This document shows, piece after piece, positions 11,426 to 26,159 of a DNA stretch of 64,000 bases. The position numbers and the translations under genes were made by a program. Position 1 is the stretch's first letter, and every line of letters begins with the position of its first letter. The DNA is taken from contig CM119267.1 in NCBI GenBank assembly GCA_051294375.1, positions 14,439,694 through 14,503,693 of the forward strand, given 5' to 3'. The notes under the pieces were generated by a model, which saw only the letters and a list, made by a program, of their open reading frames with translations, had not been told where the DNA came from and ran no database searches. This DNA is from Paraspadella gotoi (lineage: Eukaryota > Animalia > Chaetognatha).

Positions 11426-14334
11426 ATGCCAGTCTCAACGGTCCTTCGTCTTTTTCTTTGTCGTCATTTGAACGAACAGTTTCGAGTTTTGTCGACCATG
11501 ACAGCCAAAGATAAAATCAACTACGTACGCGTCAGGTAACTGTAAATGCTACAATTTTTAAAAAAATATTTAATTTGTGTAGTTAGTGATTTTCGTATAA
11601 AACAAAAGTTACCTTTTCAAATCAAATGTTAGAAATCGTTAAATTTTTAGATGATCTGATGAGCGGAATTTATTGTAGAGAATACACAAACGAAATAAGT
11701 TTATTTCCATTCCACGTTTAGAGAAAGTTTGTCCAACAGATCATACATTTTGTCGTCGCAAACGCTTTTGCACATAAGTGGCGGCGTCGTCGACATCGTT
11801 GTTGTATAGATTACCTTTTTTGGGTGTATGAAGCTGAAAATTTATATACGGCTTCTCATCATCGAGGTCCTTAAAATTGGGTGAGGACGTTTATTAAATA
11901 CGTTTTGTTTACGTTTTATTAAAACAAATAAATTTGCTCTTTTATTTTTGTTTCTTTCTTTCTCTCTTTTCTCTTTTAATTATATGTACTTGCTCAACTT
12001 TTATTTTTGTCTCTCTCTCTCTCTCTCTCTTTTCCCCCGTCGCTGATTCCTTGGGCTCTGCAGGGGCTTTTTCTTTTTCTCTCTTTTCTCCTGCTGATTC
12101 GTCCGAAAACGATTTGGATTCTCTCTCTCTCTGCGTTTTTATTAAATAAATATTAGGATTGAACTCGTACAATTAGGCATCGCATTTGTGCATGTTATCA
12201 TTTTGCTATCGCAACATCGGGTTTTTATTTCGTTCTTTCTCGTCACTCTCTTTATTTTTTTTTTTTTTTTTTTTCCTTTCCTTTCCATTCTTTCTTTCCT
12301 TTCCATTCTTTCTTTCCTTTCTATTCTTTCTTTCCTTTCTATTCTTTCTTTCCTTTCTATTCTTTCTTTCCTTTCTATTCTTTCTTTCCTTTCTATTCTT
12401 TCTTTCCTTTCTATTCTTTCTTTATACCTTTTCTTCTTTTTCTTTTGGTTTATAAACTTTTTTTTTCTCAAATTTGATTTTTTTTTAGTATCAAAATTTT
12501 TCGTCAATCCAGATTTTTCTTATGCGACTGCGACGATCCTTATGCTTTTAAGATTTTTTTTCATAATTTGATAATAATTTTTTTCTTTAGACCTTTGTCC
12601 GAAGAGCAGTCTCTTGACATTTCCTTCGCTTTTCCCCCGGTCACTTCGCTCTCTTCTGACGAAAAACCCAAGTATCTCAACTTTAAGCGCCCTCTATCCG
12701 AACCGCTCTCCGTCTCTCTCAACAAAATCGCCGCCTCTTTTGAAAAGCGATGCCAAACGAAAAAGAAGAAGCAAAGTGATTCTCCTGATGAAGGCGACGT
12801 CCCCAGGGATGAAATTCGAGCCCCCTCTCCTACCTCCGTCGCCCTCTGGAAGGGCGAATCGCTCGTCACCTCAAGTTCAATCCTTAACTCCGATGTTTGG
12901 GAACACACCCATCGCCTGCAAGTCGGACCTCACTTTTATCCCGTCGTTCGCAACCCTCCGCGAATCAAGTCGCTCAAACTCAATAAAACGAGAGTGGTCG
13001 CCGGGTGTCCATACGTTCCATTACTCGAACTGGAGAATGCCAAGCGAGACGATTGTCGTTTCGAATGGTGGCGCTCTATTAATATCCCTTCTCTTCCCGA
13101 AAATGGTGCCAAGAAATTGTGCGTGGATCGGATGGTGACGTCTTGGGAGCGAGTCGGAGATGATTTCTATTATGTGCCCGCGCAAGAGGACATCGGGCGA
13201 TTATTGATGGTGCGTTGCTACCCGCTGACCGACGATGATTCTTACTTCGTTGAACTGGCGATGCCCGTGCCTGTAACGGCGCTACCGATGAAACCGAGGG
13301 AGGTTTTTCCCTTCGAGAAAAGACAACTATCGACTCCGTCTCCTTGTGCCGAAGGTGATGAGTTTCGTGTAGTCTGCTACAACCTTTTGGCCGACTTTTA
13401 TTCGGACTCGGAATTTTCACGGACCAGTCTCTTTGCCCATTGTCCCAATGAATGGCTTCACGGGGACTACCGGCGCCAACTACTCTTGCGTGAGATTCCT
13501 GGATATCATGGCGATGTCATTATCCTACAAGAGGTTGACAAAAAGATGTTTCGAAATGGTCTTACCGCCGTCCTTGGTGTCCATGGATTGTCCGGCACCA
13601 TGGCGACTAAGAAAGAAGTTCCCGAGGGTCTGGCCACATTTTGGCGCGACTCTCGGTTCAAGCTGGTGGAGAGCATACAGCACGAATACACTGATCTCCT
13701 GACAACGGATGATTTTAAAGACCTCGCTGCGGCCGTAGATGCTTGTCCTCCCTTGAAAGAAAAATTCAACGTTTTAAAGACGATCTTTTTGATCACCGTT
13801 CTTGAGGATGCCTGTTCTCCGGGCCGGTTCGTCGTCGTCGCGAACACACACCTTTTTTTTCAACCAGCCAGCCCTCACGTTCGCCTCATTCAAATGGAGA
13901 TTTTGCTGCGGACGTTGAGAAACATCGTACCCAAGTACGCCGATCGAGGATTAAGGGTCTCTTTAGTCTTAGGCGGCGATTTCAATTCCGTCCCCGAGAG
14001 GGGAATCGCTAAGTACTTGACTGAAAGAACTTTGAGCAAAAACTACAACGATTGGTATGCATGCGGAAGCGCAGAGTACGCAGGGCTGGATCTGCGGCAC
14101 GATTTCGACCTTATCTCAGCCTGCGATGAGCCCGCTTACACCAACTTCGTGGCAGGATTTTGCGGGACCCTTGACTATATTTACGCGGACGCGTCGGAGC
14201 TGACGCCGTCTCGCTCCATTCCATTTCCCAGTCACGAAGAAGTGACTTCTGAGATTGCGTTGCCTAATAGACTGTTTCCTTCGGATCACTTGCCGCTCGT
14301 CGTCGAATTACGGTGGAAACATTGTACCTTGTGA
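11426..14334 (+). CDS. PDE12: 2',5'-phosphodiesterase 12, mitochondrial deadenylase (exons 11426-11535, 12591-14334)
   Basis: EEP/CCR4 motifs CYNLLAD, DVIILQEVD, ANTHLFF, GGDFNS, GTLDYIY, FPSDHLPL; N-terminus resembles a mitochondrial presequence. Confidence 0.9.
11753..12560 (+). mobile_element. HINE/DINE-like element (family A) in PDE12 intron
   Basis: tcgtcgca...tgcgacgat subterminal inverted repeat; collinear similarity to 42460-43645 (tttgggtgtatgaagctgaaaatttatata, ttaggattgaactcgta, aatccagatttttcttatgc). Confidence 0.7.
12273..12422. repeat. 18-bp pyrimidine-rich tandem repeat (ttctattctttctttcct)n
   Basis: About 8 near-perfect copies; source of the spurious (ERIERK)n and (FLSILS)n ORFs. 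Confidence 0.9.
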
Positions 14335-14614
14335 TGTTTTCCTTTCATTTTATTTGTTACAATTTGTGAATAGAACAGTTGAAAAATTAGTAAAAACGGA
14401 GTAAATTAAACTCTGAAAATCATTAACATAATGGAGTAGGTTACTTACCTGCAGAATTTTCTTTGTTTTTAAAAATGATAATAATATATATTTTGACTTC
14501 GAGATACTTTGAAATCATCTGAAAAGCAATCAAAACGTTTAGCCGTGTTGTCGATGTGAAATGTGATTTTTTTTTTTTTTTGGACATTTTTTCCAGATGT
14601 AACACTCGCTCATT

Positions 14615-17600
14615 ATGGGCAACACAAGTAGCAACAGTGACAGCGACGACCACCACTCCGATGCAGGGTCGGACGACGGTGATGACTGCGTCAAAGTCGA
14701 CGCTGACGGCCCTGATGACGTTCTCATCTCCAGCCTGGCCGTCGTTTTTCGTCACAGCACCCTTCGGGAACTGGCGGCGAAGATTCGCGACGACGTTCCC
14801 GAGAACGTGGTACAGCAACACCAGACGTCGCTTCAACGCTGGCTCGAGGATCGCGTCAACCGCAACGAAGACACCGTCACCCTTGCCCAATTCACTGACG
14901 CCCTCATGAATCGCGGTGTGTCTCGTCAAGAGTGCTTGGAAGCTTTCGCCCAATTTGACGAGGAAGGGGATGGTATAGCGACCGTCGAGAATATGCTAGA
15001 GACTCTGAAGTCTTCAACTGGGGCAAAGTCGAGGGGCGATATAACAAACTGCATACGACGCCTCCAAGCCTGTAGTTTAATGCCGGGATTCATCGACGTC
15101 TACGCCGACAAGAACAATGTCGACGACGCTGCTTCCACCCATGGCATCCGGCTACTAAATTTTCTTTTACGCAATCGCGCCCCCTCTGAATCCCTTCCGT
15201 TTCAGCTTCTCGAAGGCTTTAACAACACTACCAAGATGCGACAGAACGTCCTTTCTTCGATGTTAACTAAGATGAAGGAAAGGGCGGATAAGAAAGTGGA
15301 AGAGACTATGCTAACTTCAAACGGAGTTGGCGAAGCTGGTGGGGAGGGTGAAGAACTAAAGCTGCTGGCCAAGTGTTACTCATTCATCGAGACTTCGACT
15401 AACAAAACTGACGTTTATAAGATAACTGATGGAGATCCCCACACTTTCTGGCAGTCTGACGGTTCTGCGAGATCCCATTGGATCCGATTAAGAATGAAAC
15501 AGGGTGTCGTGGTGAAACATCTCTCCATAACGGTTGCTGCAAGTGACCAGACTTACATGCCGCAGCTTGTGGTCATTAGCGCCGGAAGAACGCCCTACAG
15601 CCTGAAGGAGATAAAGGAAGTCAGGATTCCCAGTCAAATCACGGGGGATTTTGTGCTGATGGAAAACGCGAGGATGTTTTATCGTTATATTCAAATCAAC
15701 ATTCGCCGTTGCCATAGCGATGGCTGCGACGTTAAAATTCGCGGACTTAAGACGGTCGGAGTGAGACCCTCGCGTGATCCTGTCGTGAGTGTCACTGATG
15801 CTTCTGCTGTGTGGTTTCTTCAAATACTCGCCGCCACGGCGCAAGCTTCCCGTCCTATATCTCCTCACTTGCAACCATCGATCTTGGAGCACACGCAAAA
15901 CGCTCTCCGTCACATTCCGCCCTTGGCACTGAGTCCGAACGCCCGTGACAAACCGGGTTTTTTGAGTCCTCGACTGCTTCAGGAAGTTGACGCGTTTTTG
16001 AAATCGTTGATCCTTCCCAGTAAACTTTCGAGTCCGGGTGAAATCGTTACCGGGGAAGGATTGCACGCTCTTCTGTCTTTTGCTTTGGCTCGTGGAAACG
16101 TCGTTGCCGTCATCGACGTTCTCATCCGGTTGTTAGAATTCGATCTGCCATTGCCTTCTCTCGAGTTGGTCAAATCAATGAACCACGTTTGCGATCATCT
16201 CTGGCGCAAACACGGGTCCCAGCTCGATCTAGGATTACTAGGCACAGATTCTGGGCAAAAGGACGAAAAGTCGGGCCCCCAGATGGTTTTGACTGGCAAC
16301 TGGGCAAATGACTGTTACCTTACGAGAGAAGGAGTTGTTCGATCCAACATGTTGTTCTGTCTCTCTTCGTCGTCTGGCTATGAATCGTCGAAAACACCCG
16401 ACCCTGATAACGCGCTGACGGTCCAATTGACTAAGCTTCGCATTCGCGTTCAAAAAGGCGGCCAGGGCCCCAGATGCGGACTCGTCTTCATCTACGGCGT
16501 GGATCAAAGTCGCGCATGGTCATCGTCGTCGGATTTTAATTTGGACGAACACTTGGCTCAATTTGCTCAATACGATGATTGGGATTACGCTCGTTATGCG
16601 TCCCTTCAATCGCAGCGTCGCGACGGAGAGCTGAAGGACGTACTTTCTACGCCACCGTCTTTACTTCCGGTTGCTTGGTTTTCCTTTGAAGATGACTGGG
16701 ACGAAACTGATGTCAATCTCGATGAGTGCCATTTTGGTCAATTTATCCTGATCAAGTTTCTTCGTCCGCGAACTCCTTCGGTCGAGAGATTGGGCATTGT
16801 GGGGATTAAGTTTTACGGTTACAAGAGGAAGCCGCTTTTGACCCCAGATCTGGTTATGGGTCGAGTGGCGCCTATCAAGGAGCCATCGGCCACTGAAAAG
16901 GCCCTAGCATTGAAACCCTCGACTATGTTCATGCGAGTTTTGAGCTTCTTGGTCGACGTCTCCGAAGATCAAATGGTCATTCACCAAAAACTTAAAGCCT
17001 CCGGAGGTTTGAACGAATCAGGATTTCCCGGCGTCCGTAGCGCAGCCGGTCTTTTGGATTTCACCGATATGCACCTCGATTCTCTCTTGCGCCTGCTCGA
17101 CGCTCTCGCCCAGCGAAAGGGCATCGACGACGAGATCCTTCTCACCTCGGCGCGCGTTCACGTCGTTTTGCTTCTTCATATCCTAACTCCGATTCTGACG
17201 GAGAAGACGTCGCACGCGCTTCACCTGGACTCGTCAGAAAAGTTCCTCAAACTTCTTTGTGCTTACGTGGACGGCGATGCCGTCGCCGCCGGCAACGAAA
17301 TCCATGAATGCGAGAAGCGCGTTGCCACAATAACGCTGACCGATGGCGCCGCCGTTTTTTTCCCCGACAAGGAGGCGCGCCGGAAACAACTATTCTCCAT
17401 GATGACAAAATCTTCATTGGGGAACGTTGAAGCAACGGAGGAAGCTGCAGGTCAGGCTAGAACTAATGAATGAATTTAACAATTGAAAAAAAAACTATAT
17501 AGTTGTTGTGAAACATTAAATTTTTTTATTTTGTTTTTAAATCAAACGCAACGAATCAAAAGTAAAAATACTATATAATAGTTATTAAGTTTAGAGATTT

Positions 17601-20600
17601 GATAATAGTACATAAAAGTATACGAGGGTATGTTTGCCTGAGATAAGATAAGCATATAACTAGATACCAAGAGGTTCAGTGTTCATTAATATCTTGATGG
17701 AATGTAGACACATTTAGATTTAATACTGAAATATGTAAATGAGATTGAGAGATTCAATCTCATTTAAGATCATATGAAATAATCATCTCTTACAAAAGCT
17801 TTTTATTTCCATGAAAATTTAATTTAATATCTGTAAATATATGAAACTGTTATAAAATAAAATATTAACACAATATAAAATGAAATAACAGAAAAGTCAG
17901 GGGCAAGAAAGCTTATTTATTAAATGAATGGATAATTTTTATATTGGTTGTACCAATTTCATATAAATTATAAAATAAAATATAAAATAAAATCTCATAA
18001 TTAATAATAATAATATAATTTTAATAGTATAATAATATTATTAATAATATTTATATTCGCTTATCAATTATTATTATTATTATAAAATAAAATATAGTGG
18101 TAATAACCTTTCTTTTTCGTTATTATATGTATTGCTATTGGGGCAAAATGATTGTTTCACAACGAATTTTATGATAAAATAAAATTCGTTGTGAAACAAA
18201 ATCATTTTGCCCCAAAATAAAATATAAAATAAAATATGAAATGAAATGAAATGAAATTGGTACAACCAATATAATCTTATTAAAATGATATTCATAATAT
18301 AATATCAATAATAAAATATTATAATATTATCAATATAATATTATTTATAATAGTATTAATATTCGATCATCAATTATTTTTGAGACAAATGTGGGCCTAC
18401 TTTTTACCTTTTCGTATTACAGTCTGGAACTAACATCCAAATACGGAAAAGCAATTTTAGGGCTTTTGTAATAAATAAAAAATGTGACAACTCAAGCCTT
18501 TTTATTACAGAGAGCACAAAGTCGCCCCTCATATCGAGAAAATCTTCCGAAGCTCACTATGTCGGCGAATCAGTCACCGTCATCTTCCAATCACTTTGTC
18601 AATTCTTCAGCAACGTCGATCCTGCTGGTCTGCTTAATCTTCCCCGCAATGCTGATTCTGTCTTCGAGACCAGCTGCAACAGCGTGCTCGGAGTTATGGA
18701 AACTATGCTCTCTGTCGCCTACAAGCAAGCCGTCGATATTATTCTCACCGGCCATTCCAACCCCGATATGGTTCATTTCAACAGTCTCCTCAGTTCTCTG
18801 CAGATGAGCCTATTGTCTTGGTGTCATCAACAGATCCTCTCGACTTCCTCGTCCCCCGTCCAACAAGCTTCAGTTTTCTCCGTCGTCAAGGCCTACACAC
18901 AAATTATGATGAACAAGGCCGTGACCCTGTGCCGTGATCTCTTAGAGTTGGGCGACGCGGAGAAGAGAGTGTCGTCCCTGATTGAGCCGTTGGAATCGAC
19001 GTTTATGGCTTCGACTCTGCGCATTCTTATCGTGACGCTTTCCTCGAATGTCGCGTCCATCGTTGACTCCTCGACCAGAGTTCATCTGCTGCAGACGCTG
19101 ATGCCTTTAGCGTCGCAGCTGGAGGCCTTAGCTGAGAAGCTGCCCGGGTTGTTCTATCGCGTGGATTCGGAGGAGTGGCACGACTTCATATCCGACGACG
19201 TTGTTTTGCGCACTTGGGATATCGAGTCTCCGCACAACTACGAGAATAATCAACACTCTTCTCAGGTTGGTGAGATAAATATCAGGATTCGTTTGTGCTT
19301 AAGTATATTACTTGGTATTGTCATAGACTTACATTGGAAATGATTTTAGAAAACTAATTGATTTACACTTTTTTCGTTCAGATATTTTGCTGTCCTGGAG
19401 CTACGTCATTTTACGTGGAGTTCGACCCACGATGTGAAACTGAGCGCAAATACGACTACCTCGAATTCACCGAGTCTGACGGCAACCGCTCTCGTTACGA
19501 TCAGAAATGCGGCACCGCTTCATGGCCACTCAACGTAACCTTCAAGGGCGGCCACCGCCTGCACTTCCTCTTCCACTCGGACAGCTCGAACAACGAGTGG
19601 GGGTACAAGTTCAAGGTTATTGCTAAGGGACCTCCCGACATTCCCCTTTGCTGGATCTACGACCTTCAGCTCTCGGTGGCTAAGCTTTTTGGCGAACTAT
19701 GCGGAGCCACTATTCGCGTCGCCAACTCGGCCGCTAAACCCGCTTACTTGGACGCTGTCGACGAGTGGGAGGATGAGGAAACGCTGCTGCTGCACTCGGA
19801 ACTCTGGTCTACTCTCTTTCGCAGCGGCTACGTCACATCTCATTCCCTCGTCCGATCCCTTTCGGGCTGGCACAGTACCGGCGTCTCCGGGGGCGTCAAG
19901 GGGCCGCAGGGCTGCTCGCTCGTGTTCGAATTCATTCGGCACATGCTTAGCGATAACGATGAAGACGGCAAGACAGAGGCCGTAGCTGCCCGCGAACTTT
20001 TAAAGGAAGTTCGCTCCAAATTTACCGGATTATCAGTTGGCGGAACGGCCCTTGACGAAGCCGTAATTGCCATCTTCGGTGCTCTGATTTGGCACACGCA
20101 GGTCTTGAGGGAGGAGGTGGAAAGAGCGTTGGATTATCACGAAAAAGTGCCGGCGACGGAAGGTCTGCAACAGGCCTATCAAGTGGCCGAATCGATGCGA
20201 ATGCAAATGATCGAGCAAAGGCAAAAGATGCAGTTGAACGGAGAAAAAGATTGCGAGAAGCATATTGTAACAATCAAGGAAAAAGCGTTGTTTCTTTTGA
20301 AATTTGCTGGTGAGTATGAAAAAAACTTTAAGCTGTGAAATTGTAAAACATTCATTCTCTCGAATTTCACTCTACTTTTTTTTGTAAGTTAATATAAATA
20401 TATTAAAATTTTATAATCATAGATAAACAGATACATTTTAAAAATAAATAGAACTACATTGAAATGCATAAAATTAGTACATTCAAATACACAGAAATAA
20501 TTTGAAAACACTCCAAAATTGTTTTTGCGAAATCCAGTTTTAATTTTCGAATTTGGAAAAAAAACAAAGTTCGAAAATATGTGAACATGATTTGACCCAG

Positions 20601-23600
20601 CCTATTTAAGTATATTATTATTATTATTATTAGAATCTAACATTTTCCCCTAAATTTGGTTTGTTAGGTCTAAACAAAGTGGAAACTCGGGCGGAATCGG
20701 CGAAAAATCGCAGCAAACAACGCGCCCGTCCCCGCCGGTCTTCTCTACCCTCTTCTCAGTTGCGACGTGATAACGATTCGTCCAGCGCTCTTGGCGAGAA
20801 ATTCCCGGCCTTTCGCCTCATATTGGAGTTTCTCCGCGATTCTTTCGTCACCAAGGAGCGCGTGGACGCCATGTTGCAGGAGAGAACCAAACAGGCGCGT
20901 GCCGTGGCAAGCGTTTACAAGATTGCCTGCGACTTTCTCACCAGCGACGCCTCTCACTTTGCCAGTGACGCCGCCAGCGCAATGAAGCCCTCACAGATTT
21001 TTCAAGTACCTACCATTTTGTTTCTCCAACAACTTTTCGCGCACCAAGATTCATTTCCCAAGCACTACGCGGATGGTCTGGAGGGTTGTGGTCTCGAGCT
21101 TGAAGCTTCCGTAAGAACTGGGTTTTACCAGTTCATCCGAAAACTGCACGCATCAATCGCTAACTTCCGCAGGCTTTTTTTATCACCCAATGTTTTATTT
21201 CACCCATCGGTGTCTTCGGCTTACATCTGCGTTCTCTCCTACTTCATCCATTTTCTCGACATGAAGTGGCAGCCGTACGACTTGACTTTTCTCTCCGAGA
21301 TCAACTTTCCCCTAATGCTCATGGATGTAGCAAAGTCCACGGTGGCTGAGAGGCTGAAGACGGTGCAAGAAATCACGGAATCCGAAGAGTTGGATGAGTA
21401 CAAATTGAACATGCAGTGGTGGGAGCAGTGTAAGACAAACTCCTCATTCAACCAATGGTACAACGAGAAAGAAAAGGAAAAGGACGCAGACCCCATAATG
21501 GTTAAGAAGCGCCAAATGTTCATATCCAAATATTCCGATCTGCTGGAAGTGGAGATATCCTGTGATGGATGCGGCATTTATTTGCCCGGGCGACGGTATC
21601 GGTGTATGCAATGTGAAGACGTGGATCTTTGCTCGAATTGCTTCACATCTGGAGTCAACCCGACTTCCGCGGAAGCCAATTCAAAAGTGAGAAAGTCTAG
21701 TAATCTATTTTAACTCCATTTTATTTAAATTTAACGTAATTTGTTTACTGACATTGTACTGTTTGCAAATTTTTAGTCTGTCAAGCACTCGGAAGATCAC
21801 GACATGATTCACATGATGTTCAAGTGCGACGAATGCAACTGCTTCATTACTGGAACCCGCATACACTGCAACCTTTGTGAGGATTTTGACCTTTGCCTCG
21901 GCTGCTACAAAGCTGGTCATTTTCCCGCGGGCCATAACGAAACCCACGATGTGGCGACACACCCACGGATGACCCTACGATCTGGAAACCAGATGGGTGG
22001 ATCTCAAACGGGTGGTCTCTTACAATCATATATTCACCAGCATGTCTGGTTGCTTTTTTCCTCATTTTCTCTCTCCGTCTCCAATATGCTTCACGACAGC
22101 GATCCAAAGCAAGACGTTTACTTCCAGACGAAAGAACAGATACACGTCCGGTGCGTCGAGTTACTCATGAACTGTCTTCTTCAAAACGCACCTCAACTTT
22201 CGCGAAGCCTCGAGGCCACCGTCGACGATTCGATTGATGACAAGGGAAAGAACCATTTGTTACAGCAGCAGGAGGAGATCTTCGGCAACAACGCTCAGGA
22301 GAGAATAATGGGACTTTTGGGCGCCATGCTTCCACTCGGCGCCGAAGAGAAAAAGCACGACATAAAGATGACGAGATCCATTTTCGTATCCGAAGAATTT
22401 CTCTTCCTTTTATACGTCATCGCTTTTGGCGAATCGGGCCACGAGGTGAGTTTTTCTTTCACTTTTTAAAATTCAGGTTTTATACTTCACAATATCCTTC
22501 TTTACTATTCGATGTAGTTTTGTTTTCTGTTGGTGTTTTTTCTCTTTACTTTTAAAATGATAAATATTAAATAACTGCTACGTATTTAAAGACAATTTTG
22601 AAAAAAAAACCAAACTTTATTGTTCCAGCCAACTACGCAACATCTCGCCATGGGCCTCTTAGGTCATCTCCTTGTTTGCTCTTCACCCACTGTCTCCGAT
22701 GCTGCTATGTCATCGGTCAAAGAGGTCGCAGTTTCCGTGGAGCGAGCTCAGGACTGTAACTCTACTGCCTCCCAAACGCTCTACAAACTTTCGGAACGCA
22801 TCCGCAAATCATCTGTATGTTCTTTGGAGCCTCCCTCCCCAAGCGATTCTCATCGAATGTCTTTCCAACGCTTAGCAAGTCAAAACGATTCTGTATTAGA
22901 ATGCATCGAGGAAGTCCCCGCCGATGAGGGTCAAGAAGTTATTCTCCCTGATGTTTTCAGTGGACCCGATCCAGATATAGGGTCGGAATTATCGCGGGCG
23001 GTTGCCAGCACGCCCTTGCTTTTATCCCGCGTTAAATCCTCTCTTAGTTTCGTCTTCCCTGAACACGAAGTAAAAGAGGAAAGCCTAATTGAAGACGACG
23101 AAGACAATGAGAACGACGGGCCTTTAATTGGGTGCATTGAATCTCCAGGCCTTTATACGGTGGAGCAATTAATAGCTTACGGTTCAAAATGTCTGGAGAA
23201 GAGCGGCACTGAATGGGCGCATAGCATGGCTCAGCTTTTAGGGCGCCTAGCAGCCTCTCCTTCCTGGCTCCCGATTCTCAATCGCCACGTTTCCAAGTGC
23301 ATCGACGAGGCGTTAAAAAAAGATCGGTCGCCGACGTTAGAACTCATCTTCTGCCTCTACATCATCGCCGGATTTCCGGAAATAATTTCTATAGGTTCTC
23401 TGGTCAAGAGTTTAGATCCCGGATCTGATGGTAGCATGGGCATCGTCGTCAAGTATTTTCCCCTCGGTTTCGATAAGGCTACCAACACACTAGTCGTCGA
23501 TCTTAAGACTCGCAAGCAGAGGTATCGCAAGGAACGGAGATTGGAAGTCATCCACCAGGGCGTTGGAACTTTGGGAAAGCGCCACTGGACTTCATTCGTA

Positions 23601-25901
23601 GATTTCGTCATCTCTGTGAAGTCTTTGTTGCAGAGCGGAAAGTTGGCTCAGTCTTCGTCGCCGACTGTCGAAACACTAATAGTAGTGGGTCTCTGCTTAA
23701 AGTCGTTGCTCAGCGCATTTTCCGTAAAAGATGGGGAAGAAATAAAAATTCCCGCAGAGTTGTTTGATTCGGAATTCGTCAAGGCCGTTGTGTTCATCGC
23801 GAGCCGCGGGACGGATCTTAGCAGAGACTGGACTTGTAAACAGCTGGAAATTCTGGCTTTAAACATGTACACTTCAGAAAGGTCGCCTCCAAGTTTGGAC
23901 GCCTCAAACTTTTCCGGTATGGTTCCGGCCACCCCCTCATGGGGCCATAAGTCAGCTTCCCTCCAATCCTCTCAGAATGCTCCGTCGGCCATATCCCCGA
24001 AAATGGCGGCAACGGAAGACATTTCTTCGCCGTCAACACAAATACAGTCCCCAGAGCACGCTGCCGGCGATTCGTCGTCGATAAAGGTCGAAACCGAGTC
24101 GGGATCCAAGCCGAACAGCGAGGGAGACGCGGTCACTCGTCCCGATTCTGAGCCACCCGTGAGGACTTTTCTTTCTGACTTCAACGCCGCCCTTCAGGGA
24201 AATGAAGCCGTCGCCACTCCCGACGATGACGCGGCAAATCACGATGCCGACATGTTGCGCGTTCTGGAAAAATTAAGCAAATTAGACGAACCATTAGATC
24301 AGGAACAGGTCCCCCCAACCGTTTTGTCTCTAAAGGACGCCAGTTTCATCACGGAGGACATGGTGAAAAGCGCCATGATGCAATGGTTCAGCAACAGCGA
24401 TCCCGGCCAAATGAAACGTGGGAAAGCACCAACTGAACCTTTGGATACCGCAACCAGCGTCGCCGAAGTCGACACCGGAATTCTTCTCAAAACGCCACCG
24501 CAAACGCTTTTCAGACGTGAAATCGAACAGGCGATGGAGGAACTTTCCGATGTGACGCAAAAACTTATCGTCAGCGACGCGGAGTTGACTGATGGAGCAG
24601 AAAACGATGCCGATAAAGGTCAAGAGGACCCGAAGCACTTGCAGCTCTTCAAGAAGACCCTCGAGGCTCGGGGTGGCCGACGAAGCCGTCTCCTGAAAAT
24701 TAACATGGCTTTAGCGATCTTATATGCTCGAAAAGTTTTAGCCGCACTTTTAGCTCATTGGCCTTATAAGAACAAGGAAAGGATGATAACGGCCGAATTG
24801 CTCAGCTGCAAAGACGAACAACAAATTCCTTGCGTTCTTGACCTGCTGCAGAAGAGCCAGCCATCGGAGTCATTCAAAAAAGTTATTAGGAATGTTATTC
24901 AAATGTGCCATCCAAAGTGTCTTCTTCCTATGGCTATTACTGCCTGTCATTTTATGGAAGAAATTTCTTTTTTTGAAATAACGCGAGAGAGCGAGCACAA
25001 GTATACAGCTTCTAGTCAAGTAGAGGAAAAAATAAACATCCCGGGAGCCACGTTCCTTTCTGTCCGGTTCGACGCACGCTGCTGCACCGAAGGGAGCGAT
25101 GTTCTCTCCATGTCGTCCGCTTCAGACTTTTCTCAAAACAAAAAGACTTTCAGCGGGGGGTCGGAATGTTTTGAGAATTTCGATATGCCCGGGGACACTT
25201 TGTTTTACCGCTTTGAATCGACCGAGTTGTCAGATTACAATGAATGGGGATACAAGTTTACTGTTCAAGGTGGTCGTATTGGACGATTTCAAACTGGCTA
25301 CATGATACTCAAACATCTTCTTGTCGACCCAGACATCGTCGTACACCTTAAAACCATAAAGGAACTATGGGCTTGTCTCGTATACGTGGCCTGTCGTCAA
25401 ACGGGCTCTCAACGTTTGAAAACTGTTGAATTGCTTCTCATCATTCTACGAGGCTATCTTCGACCGTCAGAAGAGTCTGCGTTGGGCGCGACGGCTTTGG
25501 CTGAACTTCCCTCGGTGGAATCGCGTCCAGAGCTCACTTTGCTGGAACCTCTCTGGCGTCTCTTTGCGAAGATGTCCAAAAATGTGTCCGCTTACAGCAT
25601 TGCTCCCTCGGTTCATCGCGCTCTCACAGAGCTCTTCTTCCTGGCCGAAAATCTGGCCATCACCTGGGGAGTGGAGCAGGAATATTTCGTTGCCATGACT
25701 GACCTTGCTGAAATTCGTAAGATCGCAGCAGTCGGTTTCCTTAATGTCGCTGCTGTAGGCCTCATGATTAACTTTGAGAATAAAGCGACTACGGCTGTTA
25801 TTTGCGGTCGACAAAAATCGCCCAAGCAAGCCTCAAATTTTACTTCGCCGATCAAAACGGCGAGGACGAATCCGAAAAATGTCAAAAATTCAAGCTCTTA
25901 A
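14615..25901 (+). CDS. ZZEF1: ZZ-type zinc finger and EF-hand domain protein 1 (exons 14615-17450, 18511-19265, 19382-20309, 20668-21686, 21777-22445, 22629-25901)
   Basis: MGN start, EF-hand (FAQFDEEGDG), APC10/DOC domain (FWQSDGSARSHWIRL), CUB-like FDPRCETERKYDYLEF, two ZZ fingers (CDGC...RCMQCEDVDLCSNCF; CDEC...CNLCEDFDLCLGCY). Confidence 0.93.
17630..17772 (+). repeat. Dispersed repeat with terminal hairpin
   Basis: taaatgagattgagagattcaatctcatttaagatcat is a hairpin and is the reverse complement of ~39938-39985, with weaker similarity extending further. Confidence 0.6.
17890..18275. repeat. Dispersed repeat shared with BCAP31 intron
   Basis: aaagtcaggggcaagaaagcttatttattaaatgaatggataatttttt..attggttgtaccaatttcat (~17893-17963) is the reverse complement of ~56001-56070; an inverted copy of its end lies at ~18250-18272. 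Confidence 0.65.
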
Positions 25902-26159
25902 TAAAAATAATGTAGAAATGGTGGACTCAGAAAATATATGGCCCATTTATAGGACGAGCCGTGTATATATTAAACTATAAACGTTTCAGTGATGAGTTTT
26001 CTTCCTAAGAACTAAATTAAAAAATTATTTATTAATTTATTCCCACGTTTCACTGTTGGTAATTTTTCAAACGAATACAGTCATTTCGATGCTAATAAGA
26101 GTTTGAAAATAATCAATCAGAAGTTTTCAGCCCCTTCGACTTCGTATATAGGTCTATAG

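Noticed and set aside
11934-12571. ORFs with (ERIERK)n and (FLSILS)n repeats
   Set aside because: They translate an 18-bp tandem repeat inside an intronic transposon.
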